Of a stretch of DNA of 64,000 bases, positions 40,701 to 53,575 are shown piece by piece (the first letter of the stretch is position 1; each line of letters begins with the position of its first letter). A model generated the notes under the pieces. It was given only the letters and a program-made list of their open reading frames with translations, was not told where the DNA came from and did no database searches. Position numbers and translations under genes: made by a program. The DNA comes from Epiperipatus broadwayi. Taxonomy: Eukaryota > Animalia > Onychophora. The DNA is taken from positions 19,406,001 through 19,470,000 of the forward strand of contig JAQFVV010000005.1 of NCBI GenBank assembly GCA_028023455.1, in the 5' to 3' direction.

Positions 40701-42715
40701 AAATTCAAGCTGCTTTCCACTTAGCAATTTATAACAATTTTTTTAAATGCAAAAGACTGAAAATTTTATCCTTTCTTTTATCAGTAATTTCTTTTCTCTG
40801 TCTATTGTATCACTGTTCATGAATTAAAATTACTTGATTTAAAAAAAAAAACCCAGTTACCTCACTACAATTGAATTATTAATTTATAAAGTGAATTTTT
40901 CCTTTTTGGTTGTTGTTTATAAATATGTATATATAAACTAATTTATTTATTATAAAAACGTAAAGATCACTTCTAAAACAATGAAACAAAAGACTAATTC
41001 TAATACTTTGTGAGTACTGCAGCCAGTAAGTGGTAAATATTTTTAACTATGTATTATATAACAGAAATGTTCTTGAAAATAAAAAATCCAAATTAAAAAA
41101 AAAGAAAAATGAAATAGAATAAAAAAGATATGAAAAAATGGACAATTCCAGACTTTAAACATCAATAAAATTATTCAATAAAACAATGTAATAAGATATA
41201 TTCAAACAAATTAGGTAAAAATCTGTTAAAATCTTGATTTGTCTTTCATGCGCTTGATGCACTTTTTTGTTTGTAAACTTAAACAGACACACATTTATAC
41301 AATAAACCAGCATGTACAACTTGATTTTACCTACTATTGATTTTCAATTAAGATTAATAACTAATAAAATAAAAAATTAACATCTTTAGCAAAATTTGAA
41401 TCACATAAATTTTATCTTTTTCATTTTCAATCGAGTCCCAAAACATTTTTAATAGCAAATAAGTTTTCATTTTTTCTGATTGCTTCGCTAATTTGATAAA
41501 GATAGAATAATGTGTGTCTGTTGTCCACATATTTAAATAAAAACTGATATATCTTTAAAGTTTTCCTCGACTTCCAAAGCAGTTTCAAATGCAAAATCTA
41601 AGATTATTTAAAATTAAAAATTGCCTGGAAAAGTATGTGAAAATAGTTTTTTTTTTTCACTTGGGATTAAAACTAAATGAAAATTTTAAAAAGGCAAATA
41701 GATTAGAGTGTTAGATCAAAATAAATCATGTAAAATAAGAATTAATTTTTTTCCCACACCTATGATAAAATCATGTAAAAAATGATTGTGTACAAACAAA
41801 ATGAGAATTTACTTCTACTATATAATTTAAAACACAAAAAATATATCAGTGATTTAAAATAATAATAAGAATTGATATACGCACCTTAGCTATTGTTTAT
41901 CAGACAAATGAATTTCTAATACTCATTATTTTTATAGCAATATATTTTTGAATAGTTTGAACACAAAGTATAAAAAATATGGTACTTGTGAGTTTTCCAG
42001 TAAACCAAGATGGCAATCCATATTTTTGATAAATCTACAGTTTCGGAAGAGGGATGACAAAAAAGGTTTACAAGAAAATGTCTGCTAAGAATATTTACAT
42101 TTTATTTTTTATTACTGCTATTAAAAATAAAAATTCATTGTGAAAAAATTAATTAGAATATTTACAGTTTTTTTTTTTTTGGATTAACAGAAAAATAAAA
42201 AATATATAAATAATACAATATTTATATTTTATTCATGTTGGCGGCGTGCAATCTAATGCACACAGGAGGGCAACATCGCATACTTTTGGAAATACTTCAT
42301 TGGATCACATTCTGTGACAGAGAATTCCCAAATTTTTATGACAATTACCAAAAAAAAAAACTGAGGACAAAAAGAAACACTCTTAAATTGAACCCAAATA
42401 TGACAATGTTAAGAGCAAATTGTTGCTTTCCATGTTATAAGTAAAAAAAAAAAAAAAAAATTGAAATAAAGCTTCTTAATGAAATTTATTCCTTTTTTTT
42501 TTAAATTTAACAATCGATTTATTAATTTTGTTTTAATTTAACAACTGACACATCTTCAGTAGATTGTATGCTCTCGAAACTATATATTTATTAAAAACAC
42601 AGGGCTGCCATCATGGTTTACAGGAATACTCACAAGTACCAAAAATATATACATATATAAAAATGTAATTTCATAAAAAATTACATCATTTAGTCACAAT
42701 TAGTCATAACAAATA

Positions 42716-42901
42716 GAATAGGTTATTGCTAGATTTAAAGAGATAATAATCCAGAGATAAAAAATAATTCTTCATAGAAATGGATAGTAGGTTTTTCAAT
42801 GAAGTCTCGAACAGGTTATTGCTAGATTTAAAGAGATAATAATCCAGAGATAAAAAATAATTCTTCATAGAAATGGATAGTAGGTTTTTCAATGAAGTCT
42901 C
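42716..42901. repeat. Tandem duplication, 2 x 93 bp
   Basis: 42716-42808 and 42809-42901 are identical except at one base. This explains the repeated 31-aa ORF at 42704-42907. Confidence 0.95.
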
Positions 42902-43362
42902 ATTCATCTGCCTCAGTGTTAATAAATCCTTGAGAGCGGTTGCAACAATTTGTAAAATAATAACAAGAGTATCTGCATCTTATAGGTCTTTTTGTTGTTG
43001 TTTTTTAATTATAAATTTAATCAATATAGATGAAGAAATTTGAAAACAAACTTGTAAACAATCTCAGATTGTTCTTTAGTGGATTTATTACAATTATTGC
43101 TAATGAATAGACAGAAAGAGCATAAAGAATATTGATGAGGTTAACATCATATTTCTTATTTCTATCACATTCAATTTAAGATTAGATTCACTAATTAAGA
43201 ATAGCTAAATACCCATTTGCTTATCAGTAATAGATAAGGGCTCTTTACATTAATAAGTTTTAAATATACTCAAGAATTTTCATTTATCTCAAATAATAGC
43301 AAATTTTAAATAATATAAATGTTTTATCATATATATACACATTTATGATAAAATTTAAATTA

Positions 43363-43494
43363 CATCTGGGTCTCATTTTATGCGATAGATAGGTTCCTCA
43401 GAAAACACGCGCAAATGAAATCGCGCAAAAATAGACGTAACTTACCTTGAAAAAGGGGGGATACGGACGGTGATTTTTCAAAAATCGCGTAAAA
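43363..43494 (-). mobile_element. Same MITE family, copy 3, one end only (about 130 bp)
   Basis: TA|CATCTGGGTCTCATTTTATGCGATAGATAGGTTCCTCAGAAAACACGCGC... matches the start of copy 2 and breaks off after CGCGTAAAA. Confidence 0.88.
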
Positions 43495-43556
43495 AAATGA
43501 TCAAAACATTATTGATAAACAACATCCATAACCTGTTCTATTTTTTAATTTTATTT
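43493..43556 (+). repeat. 64-bp exact direct repeat, copy A (copy B at 53395-53458)
   Basis: AAAAATGATCAAAACATTATTGATAAACAACATCCATAACCTGTTCTATTTTTTAATTTTATTT is identical at both sites. Confidence 0.92.
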
Positions 43557-43646
43557 ATAATTACTACGATATACAGTTACACAAGAATATTTATCTTTCA
43601 GAAAACAAGAACTAGTAATAATAAAAAAATTGAAAAAATAACTTAC

Positions 43647-43894
43647 GTTTATCATGGCATTTGATGTAATTCTAAATAAAGTAGCTCTTTCATTAACAGC
43701 TTTGATTTTGCTAGCAGCTTCAGAAGGATTCTCTAGTTGTTCCAGTTCACTGAGCGAACGTTGAAGGGCAGCACCATGTTTGACTATCAGATCATTACAT
43801 GTATTCAAATCCTCCAGCTTTGCACTCAAAGTGCGCAGAACGTTCTGCAGCTCGTTCTTATCGGGCTGGGCAGGTAACTCGTCATCGTCATCAT
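43647..43894 (-). CDS. OSBP: OSBP internal exon (coiled-coil/dimerisation region after the PH domain)
   Basis: Translation (D)DDDELPAQPDKNELQNVLRTLSAKLEDLNTCNDLIVKHGAALQRSLSELEQLENPSEAASKIKAVNERATLFRITSNAMIN matches the OSBP motifs 'KLEDL.TCNDLI.KHG.ALQRSLSEL' and 'VNERATLFRITSNAMIN'. Acceptor tttcag, donor gtaagt; 248 nt, phase 1 to phase 0. Confidence 0.96.
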
Positions 43895-46800
43895 CTGAAA
43901 TTTTAATGTACACTATCAATTTGATTGATTAACAATACTCACTACTTGCATTAAAAAACAGGACCTCAATTAAACCGATTTAAAAAACTTTTACCAGTAC
44001 TATCTTTTTATTTTTAAAAACATCATATACATAAACTTTGTATTTATAAACAGAAGATTATATAAAATGTGTGTTAAATAATTTTAAATATTATTATTAA
44101 TCCTTGAGCATGCTGATAGATTTAATTGATCTCCCTGATAAAACTTTTTGTAAGGTTTCAATTTGTGATTTTAGTATTAAACCACTATTCTATATAAGAA
44201 TTCAATAAATTGAATTGGATTTAGTAGAAATATATGAATGCAAGTAAAAAATGCTAAAAAAACATATTTGAATTGTGCAATAAAATTAGTTCGTAATGGG
44301 AACAAAAGATGCTTTCTCATTGAATGATTGGCAGAGCAGAGTGACTTTCAAAAAATAAATATCTTTTTTCATTGAAATTTGTATCTAAAAATGGAAGCAA
44401 ATAAATATCAGTCTCTGAGAAATCTATCAAATTCTGCTTTAAAATATTAAAATTGCCTTAGAATACCTAAAATTATCTAAACATGTCTGTGACATTAGTC
44501 TTCATTTTCATAACATGGAATAATTAATCAGAGCATTGTGATTTTTTTGTTAGTGTTATGCTAAACATTATTATGTTCTATTTTTACAAATAAAATATAT
44601 ACATATAAAATAAGTGTAATAATTATATTTTTATTTTTAATAATTATTACAAAAATGTGTAAAAACAATCACAAATCTTAATAAACTTCACAAAAAAAAA
44701 ACAAGTTTTTAGTTATTTCTAAAATGTTCTAGAAATAATCTCACAAATAGTATGAACATTGATTACAAAGGGATAAATCAATCAAAGAAATGAAGGCACA
44801 GCTGAAACACTTTGACTTTGGTGCTACTTGATTATCCTGGCCTCTTTTTTTTATTTAAAAAAATCAATATATTTAAAGTAAGTGAGTTTACCACTTTTTT
44901 TAAAAAAAGGCACGATAACTAAATAGATGGCTATATAAATGCAATATTTAAATAACTTGAGTACTATGATTTGCTGGCTTTCTCTAAAGCAAAAACAAAA
45001 GGATCTTTAATAGAATAAATGTAAAAAGGGTTTAAGGTAAGCATGTCAAAATCTAATCTTAAATTTAAATAACTTTAGGATGTGCAGGTGATGCCACAGT
45101 TTTGTACAATATATTCTTTCTAAGAAAAAGAAAATTTGAATCAGCATTATTGGAAATTATAATGATTATGTAATATTTATTAATTAGAATATTTTTAATA
45201 TGTTGTTTATTAATGTACTATAGAATATATATATATATATATAGTAGCCATGTTGTACAATGCTGTATTAAAAATAAAAATAATTGACATGCTCTTTTGA
45301 TTTAAAATGATTTAATTCATAGGGAAATAATAATTTATCTTCCCATATTTTTTATAATGGGCATTATTTAAATAATTTCATCACATAATAATATGAAAAT
45401 TTTCATATATTTTAAACATAAGTTTAATATTTAAAATGTATTATAAGTTATAAAAGGTTTTAAAAGATAGAGAACTACAAAATCAGATAAACAATTTACT
45501 TTGTTCCTTCTCTTCAATAATTTTATCTATTTCCCAGTTTAAATTTAAATTTTAATTTTGCAAAATTACTTAGAGAAAAAACTATCTCTTTATTAAATTA
45601 TTTAATAACTTTTAATTTTAACATTTAAAAAAGATAAAGCAGATAAATTTTTGTGTTTAGTAATATTTTTAAAAGAAAAGAAAAAAAAAGATAACATTTC
45701 ATTAAAATTTTACTTTAATTAATCAGTTTTTTTTTATTATTCTTTATCTATATAAAAGGAAAAATGCAGTACAATTGATCTGATTCTTTTCTTTTTACCA
45801 ATAAAAACCTTTTAATTAAAAAGGAATATCAAAAATCTGGATTTAAATTATTGACTTGTTCCCCAATCTCAAATTTGAAGAGAAATAACTGAATAATTGT
45901 TTTTGTCAAAATTGAACTAATCGATTATTATTAAATTTTGTCATGTAAGAGACATGATTGTGATTGGCTCAAGACAGGCTTGTTCCAAAATAGGGGTTTA
46001 GATCGATCAGGGTCTTGTAAGAAGCATTCTTGACCCAGCAGTTGAAGAGGACTCTGTTCTAAGTGAAGTGCTGAAGAAGACAGTAGGAGAAAAAAGTTCT
46101 AATCAAGCTGTTGAAAAAACAGCAGAATTTAACTATGAAGAGCACACTACGGCTTTAACTATAAAAATGTATTCTAAGATTACTACAACCATGTGCTAAG
46201 TTTAGCTAAAGGTTAAACATCATCTTTCTCCATGTCAGCTTCACTGAAATAAAAAAATGTACAGAAGATACCACAGAAGTAATCTGCAACCTTGTCTCCA
46301 ACTAAGAGCATGAGTGTCTATGTATTAGCCTGACTTGAAAAAATTGATAGAAAGAAAATTAACAAATTCTTGCTGTGTGCTAGTCTGAAGTACCCTATTA
46401 AAAAAACAACACCTGTATATATTGACCTGGAATTGAGAAGCCATCACATATGAAAAATTGTAAATTACAAAATGCAAAGGACTAAAAAAAATCATGGGAC
46501 AAGGTATTTTATAAATTTTTTAATGTTCACATTATATTTTCATTTAGAGCTAAAAATTTTCTTTCTAAAACAGTAATTGATAGGAATAAATAATTTTAGC
46601 AAGATATTTTCTTGTGAAATATATTTTTTCTTATTCTTTTTTATTTTTCTTCAAAATTGTAAGAGGGTTTTAGATAATTTTTATTAAATGACATTTAGCA
46701 ATATCTTTTGAAACAACTTTTTTATTTTATCTCAAACTCACCCCCCCCCATTATACACAAAAGGGTTAAGCTAATTTAAAATGCCCTTCTCTGATTAAAA

Positions 46801-47606
46801 AGCTTTTTCCAACTTGTTATTTAAAAGGAAATAATTTAATGAAAGTTAATTTAAGGAATAAAATCAACTGATTAGTTTTTTTTTTAAACTATAATTTTAA
46901 ATTATCATATTATCGGGTCATTTTTTTCTTAATTATAATTGTTTAAAAATGTTCTAGTGTTAATGTGATTATTCCTCCAACTATCTGTTCCATCAATTGG
47001 CACTATCACTTGATTTCAATAGTTCAGAATTTGAGGGATGGTTTTTGAATTATCCAGTAAAGTTATTTTAAAATAAATTAGAATAAGATGTTATACTTAT
47101 TTACTTTTTGCTCACAATAACAGTTCATAGAATTCTTGTTTCCTGAGTATGATTAGAACATAATGGCTATATGGATTTAGGAGATTATGTTGTGCGTGAA
47201 CATCCAGATGTTACCTCTGGATCAGTGACAAAGTGTGACTTTTTTAGGAACAGAAGCACACTTTTTTATGTTTTTATTTCACTTGCCACAACAATTTTTA
47301 CATAATAGCATCTAATATATATATATTACACACATCTAAAAAAATCTGAAATTTTCTTATCTGTAAATCAGAGAATATATTATCAATATAATTTTATCTT
47401 CCAAATAATTTTAACATTCTTAAAAGTTTTAACTGTAATTAGATCTTAGCATTGTTTGAACTTCTTATAATCAACGAGAATGTGTTAATCAAATTCATTA
47501 TTTGTGTATATAAAAATAATTCAACGGTTAGTAAAAAAACATTGAAAGCCAACAGTAATTCCATACAAAAAATAATGCTATTTTCAAAAGCCTATGAAAT
47601 AAATCA

Positions 47607-48918
47607 AAAAATTAAAATGCCTAAGGTAAGAAATCTCTGAAATCGCTCTAAAATATTAAGAGGCATTGCTTTATGAAGATATCAGTATTCATATGAAAAC
47701 TAAATAATATTTAATAGATTAGCTAAAATAAATATCATTTTTGTAAATAGGCTGAAATCCAACCATTATCAATCCATTGCAGGATGAAGGTCTCTCCAAC
47801 TTCAATCAATCTTCTCCGATCTTTAGCTTCTCTTCTCCACATCAACCCTGGACACTTTTTTATTTCATACATCCATCTCACATGTGGTCTCTTTCTGGGT
47901 CCTTTACAATCTCTTGGAATCCAGTTTAACATTTCAATTGTCCATCTATTATCACTTTTTCTAGCAATATGTTAGCCCAACTCCACTTCAGTCTTTTAAT
48001 TTTTTCAATGAAGTCAGTAACACCTGTTTGTTCTCTTACCCATATATTGCATTTTCGATCTCTTCTTGTTACTCCTAACATGTATCTCTCCATACATCTT
48101 TAAGTGGTCTTAAGTTTCTGTATTGCTCTTCTATTAAGTGTCCAAGTTTCAGATTCATAAGTAAAAACTGGTAAAATACATTTATTAAAAACCTTCCTTT
48201 TCAAACACATAGGCATATTTCCTTTTAGTATCAAGTTATTTCTATGAAAAGCACTCCAACCAAGTTTAATTCTATGATTAATTTCATCCATTGTTACCAT
48301 CTGTATTAATAATCTGACCAAGGTATTTGAAATTGTTAACTTCTAACTCATCATAATCAATCTTTATTTTCATATTTTGAGAAAATCCATATATATATAA
48401 ATTACTTGATTTATAATTTAAAATGAGAAAATGTATTATTTTATGTTTTTTTTTAAAATGCTGTTATTTTCTTTTTACTTTTCAGTCAGTGATAATCTAA
48501 AAAAATCCCTTGTTGATTTTAAAAACGTACAAATTGATTTACCTGTGGGGGACCTGATATTGTATTTCTTAATCTATCTCATGACCAGAGTTCTGCAAAA
48601 TTATTTAGAGCAAATGCAAACTGTGATATGTAATAGATTTAATTATGTTGCAGTGCGATTATATTTATCTTTTTAAATCTTTACTTTATTATACATTTAT
48701 GTGTATCAATTCATTATTTTCTTAAGAATCTCATACATATATAACAAAATGTTTATGCAACTATTTATCAGTCACAAAATGTTTATGCAACTATTTATCA
48801 GTTTCTAAATTTTAAAATTGTGTGCAGGCATTTTAATTTTAGTGATTTCTTGTTTTTGTATTTGTATTTTAGAGCGATTTCAGAGATTTCTTAGTGTTGC
48901 CTTAGGCATTTTAATTTT
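47607..48918. repeat. Inverted repeat pair (47607-47655 and 48865-48918) enclosing the RTE fragment
   Basis: AAAATTAAAATGCCTAAGG-TAAGAAATCTCTGAAATCGCTCTAAAATA versus the reverse complement of TATTTTAGAGCGATTTCAGAGATTTCTTAGTGTTGCCTTAGGCATTTTAATTTT (7-bp indel). Confidence 0.75.
47735..48320 (-). mobile_element. RTE-clade LINE 3' fragment
   Basis: EINHRIKLGWSAF...LKRKVFNKCILPVFTYESETWTL, ..MERYMLGVTRRDR.., and LNWIPRDCKGPRKRPHVRW: the standard RTE ORF C-terminus, 5'-truncated. Confidence 0.88.
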
Positions 48919-49768
48919 ACAGTGATTTCAGCGATTTCTTCGCTAGAAATTTATCGCTTGTATGGTACTGTAGTGTCGCCTAGCGGCATGGTCCAGCTAA
49001 CCTATAAGTATCCAAAATAACTGTGGTTAACAAGACATAAAATGCGAGAGGTAATTTGTAAAGAAAAAATTATTAGTAACAACAAAACAAAAGTGAACTA
49101 AAAGTTTACATGACTAGATTTAGATTTCATTTTTATATTGAGTTTGTTGTAGATTAAAAAAAAAAAAAAAATAACGACAAAATGGCTTGATTATTGTTAA
49201 TTCATGTAAATATGACTATAGGCTTTATATGTCTTAATAATCTCTAAAATGGACATTCGACAGTGGTTTAATAATTAGTTAACAAATAATGAAGCAGGGT
49301 TGTGAGAAAAGTAGATATTTAACTATATCAAAATCACAATCATGAATATATGATCACCATAAACTTGGAATTATAACAGAATGCACAATTGGAATATCAG
49401 ACTTTAACATACATTAAAATGTACTGAGCATGGTGCTAGGTTATAAACAGCAAGGTATATCAGATAATGAAAGATAAGGAGCGTGCCCATCATGGCAAAG
49501 CCCCACCCAAAGATTTCATTGGATAGAGAATCATATAAAGCAAGAATGAGCATCTGCTATGACCAGTAATGAAATCATTACCACCAAGCAGGAATGAGCA
49601 TCTACAATAATACGAATAATAAACCACGAAGATTCTGAGAGTATAAAAATAAGAGATACATTCACCTTTAACGAGATCATATCAGGAATACCCAGCAAAT
49701 CATTTCCCCAAAGAAGAAATGAACATCTGCTTGAAAAACAAATATATGAATTAATGAAAATGTGTATA

Positions 49769-50766
49769 CACCTGGGTCTCATTTTACACGAGATAGGTTC
49801 CTCAGAAAACACGCGCAAAAGAAATCGCGCAAAAATAGACGTAACTTATCTTGAAAAAGAGGGGATACGGACTGTGATTTTTCAAAAATCGCATAAAAGC
49901 AAAGCACCAACGTAAAATTACTTTATAATTCGTGCAAAAAAAAAATGAAATAAAATATGACTAATAAAAAATTTCAAATTTGAAAAAAATTGATACAAGA
50001 CAAACTTTTTTTAACTATAATATTTAATTTTATTCAAAACAATATATTTTTATGCATAATTTACAGTACAGTAATTCACATTTTTTTATACACGTTTTAA
50101 TTATTATCGCTACTTGCCGATAAACAGGTTCGTTTGCAAACTGGTAAAAAATCATTCTTCACAAAAGGAAATACAACTAGCGCCAACTTCACTCTCATGT
50201 TGTGTTAATGGTTTTCTGGTGACAACGTAATTAGTAATTAATCTTTGAGACGATGATTTTATTAAGTGTTTATGAAGCTCGCGATATCCAGACATACAAC
50301 CATTTAGCTCTCGTTGGAATTTAAGAGCACATTCGTGATTAGTGTCATTAATAAGAAAATAATTAAAAATAAACTTGCGGACACTAAATGATTAATAATT
50401 GATTACGTTCTTTTTTAAAAAGCAAAAACGGAATGGGATTTAAAATGCAAAATTAACATGCACAATGTTTGAACAAATTTACATTATAATCTTGTAAAAT
50501 TTAATGTGGGTATACATAAAATGTGGAAACCATGATTTTAATTTCATTATTGCATAAAATCTTACTATTATAAAGCACTGAAAACATTGAAATTACTAAG
50601 ATAAAAGTCGAATTCCAATAATGTACTATTACTTTCAATACGACGTAAGTGCACGAAATTTATTATTTAAAGTAATAGCATTATTGGAGTTCGACTTCCG
50701 AAGAAACGTGAATCGCGTAACTTCAAAATCGCGTTAAAAAAATCTGCGTAAAACGAGACCCAGGTA
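49769..50766 (-). mobile_element. Same MITE family, copy 2, complete, inverted relative to copy 1
   Basis: TA|CACCTGGGTCTCATTTTACACG ... CGTAAAACGAGACCCAGGTA|TA. The interior is the reverse complement of copy 1 along nearly its whole length. Confidence 0.9.
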
Positions 50767-51989
50767 TATATATATAGACCAGCCACACAATTTAATAAAA
50801 GAAATGAATGATAAAATAATCCTTAACTATGAGAGCTTGAAATTAAAAGATCAAAAATACGAGTAGCCACATAAGTTTGAATAAACGGCCATATATTACT
50901 TTACTTGGCTAAAAGTAAGACTTAAATGCTGTATCATATATAAATATGTAATACAATTAAGATTCAAATAAACCCTGCTTAATTGAAGATCTACTCTACA
51001 GATCTCACACATACAAAGAAATACATTATAGTTCAAGAGGTCTATGATATATATTTATAATGAAAAAGGACATATATGTTAACATCAGATGCATTGGTTA
51101 TGTGGAACTTATCCTGGGGGGATAAGTAATGAGGTTCAACTTTGTACTGTTTGTGGTAATGTTCACACTGATGTTACACACAGAGATGCGAGGTAGTGGT
51201 CATTATTTCATTCTTAGACTTTATCCTGCTGACTATACAAATCTTACCATTAGATAGGGATTTTTTTTTTGATATGGTGCTGCAACATGAGGCACAATTA
51301 TATAGTTTACATATCCTTGAGATAGATTCAATTCTTTTGTATTTTATAAATTGATTTTTTTGTATCTTAGTTTAAAAATTTTATTTCAATTCGTGCTACC
51401 TATATTGATGTAATTATTAGATGCATTATATATATATGAGAACGCCGTTCTTGTATAAGTTTATATATTTTAATTGAGAATTTTTTTTTGTGATATTTTT
51501 GACACAAATGCTTCTTAGTAATTTATAAGAGTATGTGTATATAATCTACATGTATATCAATAGAAAGTTACTTTTTTTTCTTGTTTAGCAGGTTTGATTT
51601 TAGAGTCAACTGTTAACCTGCTTATGACAGTTTTAATTTTACTTTCAGATTAAAAAAGATTGGTCAAGCATGGATTTTTTTTCTCCCCAATAGGCAGAAT
51701 TTTGTTTTATGTATGATTTTTTTTTTTCATAAGCAACTAGCAGTACAGAAATTCACACACAACAGATGAACTAGATTGGGATTTAAATGACAATGCTCAC
51801 TTAGAGCATAAAGAAAAGGAATTTTTTTTTGTGATAAATTTTAAATGATGGAAAATAATTTAGAGATAAATAATGGAGTCATATATTATTATAGACAATA
51901 CAATCATAAAACTGGAAGATGAGTCATCTAAGGAGCCCGCATAAGGTCACCTATACACATGACCAGGCTATAGAATAGAAAGAAAGGCT

Positions 51990-53390
51990 AGAGCATGGAA
52001 CATTACTTCAATAATGAGAGAAATAAAGAACTTTGAAGAGATGAGAGAAAGTACAGAGGAATCAAAACAAATGATGAGAGAAATTAAAGAAGTTCAGAGA
52101 AAAATCAGAAGTGAACTTAATTTGGAACAAAGAGAAATTAAGGTGGAACAAAAGTTGGATCAAATGGAGCAAAGCCTCATGGCAGCAATCCAAAAAATAA
52201 ATCAGAATTAATAATAGAAATGGAGCCAAATCAAAAAAGGGGCCCAATAGATGAAGAACACCAGAGAAAAATAAAGAAACCCAGGATACCAAAGAAGAAA
52301 TAAATGTACAAACAGAAACATTCTTAGAAACAGAAAAAAAGGATGATCACGAAATGAATATTATTCTCCTCAAGAATCTTCGAACCAGATACTACATACA
52401 GGATAGAAGAATGTCAGAAATTTGATTTTCCAAGAAATAAAAAACAAAGACATAGACTAGGTAAAAAATGAAAAAATGAATTAATTGATAAATTAGGAAG
52501 TGACAACAACAGAGAAATATTTCTCTCAATAAAGGTATAAAAAAGATAAGATGACTCTCAACAAAAAAAAAACTAACAACATAAAAATGAAAAATAAAAT
52601 AAAACCGAATTTGGAGAACTCCAGTATGGATGTAAACCTTAATCATACCTATAAGAATTATAATTGTTTAAAAAAGGTTTGTTTATGCCACAACCATGTG
52701 AAAGAGACCACCATTAGTTTTTGTGATATCTATAATGCAACAGAAAGGTACCAAAATAAATATCATTTTCTAGATTTCCCTAAAACCAAGGGTGACCATG
52801 TAAGCTTCTTTTATATTGTTGAAGAACAAGAATAAATATTTGAAAAAGTCATTCCATATTTTCATTAAACACCACGGTGAATGCAAAATTTCCAGCACCT
52901 GCTTGGTTCATTGGTACGGAATTGTCATGGGATCAAACCAAAGCCAATTGGGAAATCTTAACAGAATGAGAACATTGGGCACATATTTTGGGCGGCAATT
53001 GTAAGTATGGAAAATAAGGTTTAATAAGAATCTGAGGTTATAATGTCCCTCAATTGCTAAATTATAAAATTCAATAAACCACATTTCAAAGACAGTTACG
53101 GGCAAATTAAGACTGCATTTGTATTTAACCTGAAAAATTTCACAATCATTGAAATTAGCATTCAAACTGAACAAACCCATAATACAGGCTTTTGGTCATA
53201 TTTTTTATGAGATGATAACCTAATTAGGCTTTTTTTTAAAATGCAGAATGTTGTCCATTTCCAGAAACTATTTCTCCAAGAGATAATAATTTTTCTATTA
53301 GCTGATCTTTTTAAAGAAATGATTGAAAAACAAATCGTCCTTCTCAAAGCCTGCTTTCCCTTGAATGAACTCTATTCTTGATTATGCTAT
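51990..53390 (+). mobile_element. Possible degenerate LTR-retrotransposon gag region
   Basis: Coiled-coil ORF MREIKNFEEMRES...KLDQMEQSLMAAIQKINQ followed by broken gag-like frames (AWFIGTELSWDQTKANWEILTE). No LTR or pol found. Confidence 0.4.
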
Positions 53391-53394
53391 TGAG

Positions 53395-53458
53395 AAAAAT
53401 GATCAAAACATTATTGATAAACAACATCCATAACCTGTTCTATTTTTTAATTTTATTT
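53395..53458 (+). repeat. 64-bp exact direct repeat, copy B
   Basis: Identical to 43493-43556. Confidence 0.92.
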
Positions 53459-53575
53459 GTGATGAAGAATTTAAATTTTGAACAGTATACATCAAAAGTG
53501 AACAAGTAACCATTTATAATAAAAACACACACAATCAGAACTAATTTTAAAAAAAGGTGAAAAAAAAGATTATTA

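Noticed and set aside
42704-42907. ORF with a 31-aa repeat
   Set aside because: A by-product of the 93-bp tandem duplication; no homology or splice support.
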